Position numbers and translations under genes: made by a program | From: a bacterium | GTDB taxonomy: Bacteria; SZUA-182; DTGQ01; JAFGSM01 | Reading direction: 5' to 3' | Assembly: GCA_049472315.1 (NCBI GenBank) | Contig: JBLIRN010000084.1 | Span: 1 to 10,130 of the forward strand | DNA: 10,130 bases | The notes under the pieces: generated by a model | Seen by the model: the letters and a program-made list of their open reading frames with translations, nothing else | Database searches by the model: none | Told to the model about the DNA's origin: nothing | Shown: piece by piece, positions 1-5,637 of the stretch | Numbering within the stretch: position 1 is the first letter of the stretch | How the letters are laid out: each line of letters starts with the position of its first letter

Positions 1-230
1 AAAGACAGGGCTCTGTTACAATCAATGGTATTGGCATCACTCCACGTGACAATCGCCATTCTTATAGTTCACTATACCCAAAACACCTTCCATGTGTCAA
101 TGCATGGCGTGCGATGCATCGGCGCACCATATTATGGAGATCGGAAGGGTTTGATGAATCGTGCGGCCGTTGTCATGCCCATGTGAGGGGCCGGCATTAC
201 ACCACCAGGCACGGTACAAGCGAGATATCC

Positions 231-746
231 ATGCGAGAAAAAGGTCTCGTCATCTGCCCTGTTTACAACGAGCGGGCCACGATAGCCGATTTTTATCGTC
301 ATCTGCGGACCTGGTATTCCCAGGATGTGCTGTTTATTGACGACGGCTCCACCGATGGCAGCGGGGATTTTTGCGCCGAGGCGCAAGGAGCGCGTACCTT
401 CCTGCTGCGGCACCCCACGCGGAAGGGCTATGGTGCTGCGCTCCGCTCAGGGTTCAAATTTTCCCTTGGGGAAGGCTACGCCAGAATCGTCACCATCGAC
501 GTAGACCTCCAGCATGACCCGGAGTACCTACCGCGCCTTTTCCGTGGACTCGAACAGGAGGAGGTGGTGTTGGGGTCCCGCTATATGATTCAGAAAGACG
601 TGGGACATGTTCCTCAATCCCGGCTCAGTATCAACCGGTATATCTCGGGGCTGATCCACCGGCTCTTTTCAGTGCGCTTTACGGATCCCTTTTGCGGATT
701 GAGGGGATACCGGGATTCCTTTCTGAAGGGGTGCTCACATTCATAA
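231..746 (+). CDS. Glycosyltransferase family 2 (DPM1/polyprenol-phosphate mannose synthase-like), probably C-terminally truncated
   Basis: GT2 motifs: ICPVYNE, FIDDGSTDGS, GYGAALRSG, IVTIDVDLQHDP (DxD), VVLGSRY, TDPFCGLRGY. GT2 proteins normally start just before the PVYNE strand, so ATG 231 (MREKGLVICP) is preferred over the ORF-track start at 114. The ORF stops about 10 codons after the DxxCGxRxY motif, earlier than is typical for the family. Confidence 0.85.
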   Translation: MREKGLVICPVYNERATIADFYRHLRTWYSQDVLFIDDGSTDGSGDFCAEAQGARTFLLRHPTRKGYGAALRSGFKFSLGEGYARIVTIDVDLQHDPEYLPRLFRGLEQEEVVLGSRYMIQKDVGHVPQSRLSINRYISGLIHRLFSVRFTDPFCGLRGYRDSFLKGCSHS

Positions 747-1495
747 ATAGTGATAATCTATTATCTGATTTTATTGACAAAGATAGCTATAATATAAAAC
801 AGTTTATTAATGAATATGATAAATTATTATCAAAATCAATTTGTTATATAGAAAAAGAAGCATACAGCACATTCTCGACATTCAAGGACCTCCTCCTCAA
901 AAACGCCCATCAGATCAGGCTCAGAGAGGTCCTTGCACGATCCTTTCTGGAATTCAATTCCATATCAAGAGCCTACCGCTACCTGTCCGACCTGTGCATG
1001 GATGAAGATTTTCAGGTGTTCTTCCGCACCATTTGGGAGCATCACCGCTCCTTTCGAGAGATATTCAATACCTGTCTTGATGAATACCGGGCAACCTTCA
1101 GGTTCCGTTACAGGCACTTCCCATTTCCCCACCTGGAGGAGAATGAACTTCCCTTTTGGATCATTCGCAAAGGGAGAAGATGCCGGCTCTTTGCGCATGA
1201 TATGGAAAGGGCCGACCCCCTGAAGGCACCCATTGTTCCCCGAGCTGCGACCCTCACCATCTTTCTTCGCCTGTACCGGCTGGACATATTCATCCACGGC
1301 ATTGGAGGGGGGAACTACGAGTGGGTGCAGGACACGATCATCGAGCGGTTCTTTGGTCAACAGCCTCCCCCGTACGCGATCACAAGCGGGACCTTCCTCC
1401 TGGAAAATGTGCCGGAGCGCGACCTGCCCTACTTCCTGTTTTCACCGGATCGAATAAGGGAGCGGGTGCGCACCCTTATCGCCGACATGTCGTAG
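692..1495 (+). CDS. Hypothetical protein with ELPFW / PRAxTLTxFxRL / FIHGIGGGNY motifs, possibly a distant BshC-like ligase fragment; N-terminus apparently missing
   Basis: 267-codon open frame with enzyme-like motifs in the C-terminal half. There is no convincing start: TTG 692 lies inside the GT2 coding region, GTG 731 has no properly spaced SD, and the first ATG is at 998. The BshC-like call is inference from the motif pattern only. Confidence 0.55.
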   Translation: MRIEGIPGFLSEGVLTFINSDNLLSDFIDKDSYNIKQFINEYDKLLSKSICYIEKEAYSTFSTFKDLLLKNAHQIRLREVLARSFLEFNSISRAYRYLSDLCMDEDFQVFFRTIWEHHRSFREIFNTCLDEYRATFRFRYRHFPFPHLEENELPFWIIRKGRRCRLFAHDMERADPLKAPIVPRAATLTIFLRLYRLDIFIHGIGGGNYEWVQDTIIERFFGQQPPPYAITSGTFLLENVPERDLPYFLFSPDRIRERVRTLIADMS

Positions 1496-1693
1496 CCTTT
1501 CCTTTCAAAGCGATACCCCAAATTGACCGGACCAAAGATTGGCCGAAATATGAATTTATATGCATACTATATTGTTTTTGTATATTATTTTTCATATATG
1601 CACTGCTTTACATTCCTTCTCCCCCATATATGCCTTTGATGAAATTCCTTGTTTTCTAAGCTGTTCATGATCCTTCAGCATAACCCTCGCATG

Positions 1694-1709
1694 AGGCATA
1701 AGTCTTGCT
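1694..1709 (+). promoter_or_regulatory. Sigma-54 (RpoN) -24/-12 promoter of the S8 protease gene
   Basis: AGGCATAAGTCTTGCT has GG at 1695-96 and GC at 1707-08 separated by exactly 10 bp, matching TGGCAC-N5-TTGCW. An AT-rich intergenic region lies upstream, and the site is about 80 bp before the ATG. Confidence 0.7.
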
Positions 1710-1789
1710 CATCCCTTCCTAATAATGACGGTTACGGTGAGTGCTGTCTATGGATCGTCAGGAACCAGAGTGGAAGAACAGGGGGGGAG

Positions 1790-3529
1790 ATGAAGATACG
1801 GGCATGGACTGATAAAAAGCCCTTTCGAGCAGTCCGCTTTACCTTTTCGGGGCATATACAAAGCAATCCTTGGATCCTTGCCATGGTCCTTTGCTTTCTT
1901 ATTGTATGCGGTTCCCTGTGTGAGGGGCAGTTTATTCCACTGACCCTCCCAACCTATTCGCGGTTCCCCCTTCCGCGATTCGTTCCCAATCAGATCATTC
2001 TCCACTTCGAGCCAGGCACCTCAACGGTCCAGATCCTGTCGCTTTATGCGATCTACGGGCTCAGGGAGGTGGCTTCGAGCCCGCTGTCCGGGGCCAGGCT
2101 GGTTTTGACGTCTCCCACCCCGGACCTGCAGGCGCTCATTGTGCGTCTCAATCTGGAGCCGATCGTTCGCCTTGCGGAACCGAACCTCATCGGCCAGGTC
2201 TCATTCATACCCAATGATCCGTATTATCGATACCAGTGGCACCTCAAGGCGATCAATGCGGAAAGCGCATGGAATCTCTCAACCGGTCTCGGGGTAGTGG
2301 TGGCTGTACTGGATACCGGGGTGGCATTTGAGAACTACGATATCTATGCCCAGGCCCCCGACCTTTCAGGGACCCGTTTTGTCGCAGGCTGGGACTTTGT
2401 CAACGGTGATGCCAACCCCGACGACGACGAGGGACATGGGACCCACATCACCGGGACCATTGCCGAGACCACCAATAACCTTTACGGTTGCGCGGGCGTG
2501 GCATTCAACGCCACAATCATGCCGGTAAAGGTAATGGACAACGGCGGAAACGGCACCCTCACCGATATCGTGGACGGGATCTATTTCGCCGTAAACAACG
2601 GCGCCGATGTGATCAATATGAGCTTCGGCTTTGGCAACAATCCGACAGTCTCCTTGGAGACAGCAGTCAATTATGCATATAACAACGGGGTTACCATGGT
2701 ATGCTCCGCAGGGAACAACAGCACGAACCTGCCGAACTACCCGGCCTCGTATCCGGTCTGCATCTCCGTGAGCGGGGTACGGTATGATCTGACCATCGGT
2801 GACTATTCCAATTACGGGGCGGAAATCGATGTATGCGCCCCGGGCGGCGACCTGAACGTGGACCAAAACCTCGATGGATATCCGGATGGGATACTGCAGC
2901 AGTCCCACGACGGAACAAGCTTCACCACCTTTCAGCTTCTTTTGGGCAAGGGGACCTCCTGGGCGGCGGCCCATGTCAGTGGAACCATTGCGCTCATGCA
3001 ATCGGCAAGCGGCGGAATCCTGACCCCTGCGCAGGTTGATCAAATACTCAAACAGACCGCTCTCGACCTCGGAGACCCTGGATGGGACCAGTATTACGGA
3101 TATGGCTTCGTGAACGCCAATGCAGCGGTCCTTGCCTCAACCCAGGCCACCATCGCAACAGCGGAGGCGCTCTATGTATCCTCCAGTCTCCTCTTCTCCT
3201 CCCTGGCCCAATCGCTCCTGACACCACGCATCATCAGCCTTGGCATACCAAGTCAAGCCCAGTCGACCGGGAATCCGTCGGCCACCATCAATGGGGACCT
3301 TGCCTCCCCGTCTATTGTGAACCGATCCGACCTGCTGATATATTCCCTGCTGCTTTCCGATCCGTTCCGGCTCCCCTGGCAAGGGACGGCAACCCAACTG
3401 CAATGGCCGTTATCCGGATATGCCCCGCTTGTGTCCCTGACGAATCCCTATCAAATCTTCACCGGTTCCCCTTTTCTTTCGTTGCCGCTGGCCTATCAGA
3501 GTAATTTCCCATTAGACCTGTTTTTGTGA
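1790..3529 (+). CDS. Secreted subtilisin-like serine protease (peptidase S8) with prodomain and low-complexity C-terminal tail
   Basis: Catalytic triad: VAVLDTG (Asp 2312-14), GHGTHITGT (His 2435-37), GTSWA (Ser 2957-59), plus oxyanion SAGN. Hydrophobic signal WILAMVLCFLIVCGSLCEG, prodomain FVPNQIILHF...AEPN, mature start PNDPYYRYQWHL, and a Ca-loop-like DQNLDGYPD. ATG 1790 follows a G-rich SD and lies downstream of the sigma-54 promoter. Confidence 0.93.
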   Translation: MKIRAWTDKKPFRAVRFTFSGHIQSNPWILAMVLCFLIVCGSLCEGQFIPLTLPTYSRFPLPRFVPNQIILHFEPGTSTVQILSLYAIYGLREVASSPLSGARLVLTSPTPDLQALIVRLNLEPIVRLAEPNLIGQVSFIPNDPYYRYQWHLKAINAESAWNLSTGLGVVVAVLDTGVAFENYDIYAQAPDLSGTRFVAGWDFVNGDANPDDDEGHGTHITGTIAETTNNLYGCAGVAFNATIMPVKVMDNGGNGTLTDIVDGIYFAVNNGADVINMSFGFGNNPTVSLETAVNYAYNNGVTMVCSAGNNSTNLPNYPASYPVCISVSGVRYDLTIGDYSNYGAEIDVCAPGGDLNVDQNLDGYPDGILQQSHDGTSFTTFQLLLGKGTSWAAAHVSGTIALMQSASGGILTPAQVDQILKQTALDLGDPGWDQYYGYGFVNANAAVLASTQATIATAEALYVSSSLLFSSLAQSLLTPRIISLGIPSQAQSTGNPSATINGDLASPSIVNRSDLLIYSLLLSDPFRLPWQGTATQLQWPLSGYAPLVSLTNPYQIFTGSPFLSLPLAYQSNFPLDLFL

Positions 3530-3661
3530 AAATTAAGTCAATATAAGAAGAATTTTACACAATAATGCCTAGTTGTTACTTATTTTTCATATCTTCTTGG
3601 CACCGAATCATTCAAACCTATATAAATCATAATCTTATACAGATATCATCACAGAATATAA

Positions 3662-3677
3662 TGGCATAAATATTGCT
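3662..3677 (+). promoter_or_regulatory. Sigma-54 (RpoN) -24/-12 promoter of the cadherin-like repeat protein gene
   Basis: TGGCATAAATATTGCT has GG at 3663-64, a 10-bp spacer and GC at 3675-76. It is a near-consensus match in an AT-rich intergenic region, about 65 bp before the ATG. Confidence 0.8.
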
Positions 3678-3741
3678 TTATAATAAGCGGAATTAAAAAA
3701 TCTATTGACAGGTAACGATCACCGCAGCTTTGGGGGGATGT

Positions 3742-5367
3742 ATGGTGTCCACAAATCACATTCTCTGCAAGTGTCTTCGAATCCTTTTTGCCGTTCTGAT
3801 TCTCGCCGTGCTGTTCCATCCCGCATCCGGATATGGCGAGATGCTCGTTTTTGATGACTTCGAGTACTGGACCTCCCCATACAACTATGGCTGGCATACC
3901 TCCGATCCACCATATCCTGTTTTTGGATATGGCATCGGTTACGGAATGATGAGAACCGTGCTCGACCTCCAAGAAGGAAGCAGGGTTCTGGAGGTCTTCT
4001 ACAATCCGAGCATCTTCAATAATCTGGAGCCTTACACGGTCTTCAATTTTGAGACCTTCGATCCCAAAACCGATGACTATATCACTAAAAAGGTTATCTC
4101 ATTCAAGGTCTGGAGCGAATTCGCCATCGAGTCGTTCCAGATGTTTCGATTCGGGGTGATGATCAAAACGAAAACCGATCAAATCTACCGCCTGACCTAT
4201 GTGCCCAGGGAAGGGAATGGAGCGCAACTGGTTCAGGACCAGATCGTGGTGAGCCTGGGCAGAGGATACCAGGATGGCACGTGGCACCTGGTGGTCAGAA
4301 ACATGGAAGAGGATCTCAAGGAGGTGTTCCCGGATGAGGAGCTCGATCATGTACTCGGCATTGTGATCCAAGGATGCCGGTTTCGATTGGATGAGATCCT
4401 GTTCCATGATGACATGGGCTTCTTAGAGAATGAACCACCTGAGCTATGGCGTATCGGACCTCAGTATGCGAGCATATTCAACCCATTTTCCTATATCGTT
4501 GCAGCGCGTGATCCTGACGGGGACTTCCTTGACTTCACCGCGACCATCGGCGGATATGGGGTGAATGGAATCGGCCCGACGAATTTCCTCTATCGCATCC
4601 CCTCTGATCCCAATGATCCCAATTCTCCGATATCTCCCAACATGGCACTCATACACTTTGTCCCCCAGACCTTTGATGATCTGGTGCTTACCATCAAGGT
4701 GACCGATGGCTATCTCTCCGATGTGGAAACATTCACCATCTCCGTGGTCAATTTTCCCGTTGCGGGAATGAACCATCCGCCCTACCTCGAAGAGCTTAAT
4801 AAGGTGGTCGGGTATGTGGGCAAAGAGTTGACCGTTCCCATATTGGCAACTGATTCAGATCCCTCGGATATCCTGATCTACACGGCCACCATTGACGGAC
4901 TACCCTCTTACCAGTATGGCCCATGGCAGGAGAGCATTATCGATCCCTTCACCGGCGTTCTCTCGTTCACTCCTCAGTTTGAAGGGCATCACTGGATCGA
5001 CATTGTCGTTCGGGACAACCGCGGAATGTATGCACGATCGGGTTTTGAACTGGTTGTGGTGCATCCCGGCACCTGGTTGAATCACGCGCCGGTGGTAACA
5101 AAAAAGGTACAGAACCCCCAAGTGGTAAAGGCAGGCCAGGAGTTCTCCATACCCATAGAAATCGTCGATCCTGATGGGGATAAGCTCTACTTTTCGTGTA
5201 ACATCGGAACGGTTACCGAAAGGCAGGACGGCACCCAGGGGTGTGTCTTCAGCTTTTTCAGCCACTTTCCGGGACAGTACCTCGTCAACATCCTTGCCTT
5301 CGATATCAGGGGATTGGCAACCGAGGAGACCTTTCTCCTGGATGTACAACCCTGGTGGAGCATTTAA
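3742..5367 (+). CDS. Secreted/surface protein: N-terminal beta-sandwich (CBM-like) domain plus three cadherin/He_PIG-like Ig repeats
   Basis: Signal peptide RILFAVLILAVLFHPASG. Repeats begin NEPP (4429), NHPP (4771) and NHAP (5080), each carrying a Ca-binding-type motif (ARDPDGDFLDF, ATDSDPSDILIY, IVDPDGDKLYF) and closing strands IKVTDG, IVVRDNRG, ILAFDIRG. ATG 3742 follows GGGGGGA; the ORF-track TTG 3730 overlaps that SD. Confidence 0.8.
   Translation: MVSTNHILCKCLRILFAVLILAVLFHPASGYGEMLVFDDFEYWTSPYNYGWHTSDPPYPVFGYGIGYGMMRTVLDLQEGSRVLEVFYNPSIFNNLEPYTVFNFETFDPKTDDYITKKVISFKVWSEFAIESFQMFRFGVMIKTKTDQIYRLTYVPREGNGAQLVQDQIVVSLGRGYQDGTWHLVVRNMEEDLKEVFPDEELDHVLGIVIQGCRFRLDEILFHDDMGFLENEPPELWRIGPQYASIFNPFSYIVAARDPDGDFLDFTATIGGYGVNGIGPTNFLYRIPSDPNDPNSPISPNMALIHFVPQTFDDLVLTIKVTDGYLSDVETFTISVVNFPVAGMNHPPYLEELNKVVGYVGKELTVPILATDSDPSDILIYTATIDGLPSYQYGPWQESIIDPFTGVLSFTPQFEGHHWIDIVVRDNRGMYARSGFELVVVHPGTWLNHAPVVTKKVQNPQVVKAGQEFSIPIEIVDPDGDKLYFSCNIGTVTERQDGTQGCVFSFFSHFPGQYLVNILAFDIRGLATEETFLLDVQPWWSI
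4606..4623 (+). repeat. Perfect 9-bp tandem duplication GATCCCAAT x2 (encodes DPN-DPN)
   Basis: Seen directly in the sequence; in frame within the first Ig-like repeat. Confidence 0.85.
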
Positions 5368-5444
5368 CGGGCAGTGGAGATAAATGCACCGGGAGAGGGC
5401 GAATAACGGCATCCATGAAAAGACCCTGCCCTCCCCGCTGCCCG
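5368..5444 (+). other. GC-rich imperfect inverted repeat immediately after the stop codon (possible 3' stabilising or terminating structure)
   Basis: CGGGCAGTGG (5368-77) pairs with CCGCTGCCCG (5435-44) with one G-U pair. GAGGGC (5395-5400) pairs with GCCCTC (5428-33). There is no U-tract. Confidence 0.45.
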
Positions 5445-5450
5445 CAATCC

Positions 5451-5479
5451 TTGACAACCGAAGAAACCCTCTATATTAT
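5451..5479 (+). promoter_or_regulatory. Sigma-70 promoter for accD-folC-lptD
   Basis: TTGACA (5451-56), a 17-bp spacer, then TATTAT (5474-79): a perfect -35 and a 5/6 match -10. Confidence 0.75.
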
Positions 5480-5494
5480 TAGTTAGCCTAAAAA

Positions 5495-5507
5495 AATCAA
5501 GTTATTA
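5495..5507 (+). promoter_or_regulatory. IHF-like binding site
   Basis: AATCAA-GTTA-TTA matches WATCAA-N4-TTR, with an adjacent A-tract upstream. Confidence 0.4.
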
Positions 5508-5637
5508 TATTTTCTCTGGCCTCCATTCTTTGCATAATCGCATGCATTATACGATAATGGTACGCGTGCAAAATGCCGATGGAGACACAGGGCCCTTTTA
5601 ATCCATCAATAGAGTGCATTTTTATCCTCCATAAACA

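Noticed and set aside
1..59. Possible start of a minus-strand gene (MAIVTWSDANTIDCNRALS…) running off the window
   Set aside because: Only about 19 codons are visible, with no clear SD or recognisable motif.
114..230. ORF-track N-terminal extension of the GT2
   Set aside because: It is not GT2-like; the family fold begins at MREKGLVICPVYNE (ATG 231).
715..746. Programmed -1 ribosomal frameshift joining the GT2 and the next ORF
   Set aside because: There is no canonical X XXY YYZ heptamer in frame, and the AT-rich downstream sequence offers no stimulatory structure. A deletion or indel is more plausible.
774..793. TTGACA and TATAAT as a sigma-70 promoter
   Set aside because: The spacer is only 8 bp, and such hexamers are expected by chance in DNA this AT-rich.
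1321..1659. 112-aa ORF with a hydrophobic C-terminus
   Set aside because: The hydrophobic stretch is translation of T-rich intergenic promoter DNA, and the ORF overlaps a better-supported one.
1649..1789. ORF-track N-terminal extension of the S8 protease
   Set aside because: It starts upstream of the predicted sigma-54 promoter and has no SD, whereas ATG 1790 has a G-rich SD.
2366..3043. Long antisense or alternative-frame ORFs (e.g. 2366-3043, 4900-5457, 6219-6809, 7877-8431, 8876-9442 on the - strand; 3082-3504 and 5573-5926 on the + strand)
   Set aside because: They are shadows of well-supported genes in moderately GC-rich DNA and have no recognisable motifs.
3705..3710. TTGACA upstream of the cadherin-like gene
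   Set aside because: There is no -10 element at 16-18 bp; that position falls at the poly-G SD.
5517..5534. TGGC…TTGCA sigma-54-like element before accD
   Set aside because: The GG-GC spacing is 12 bp rather than the obligatory 10.
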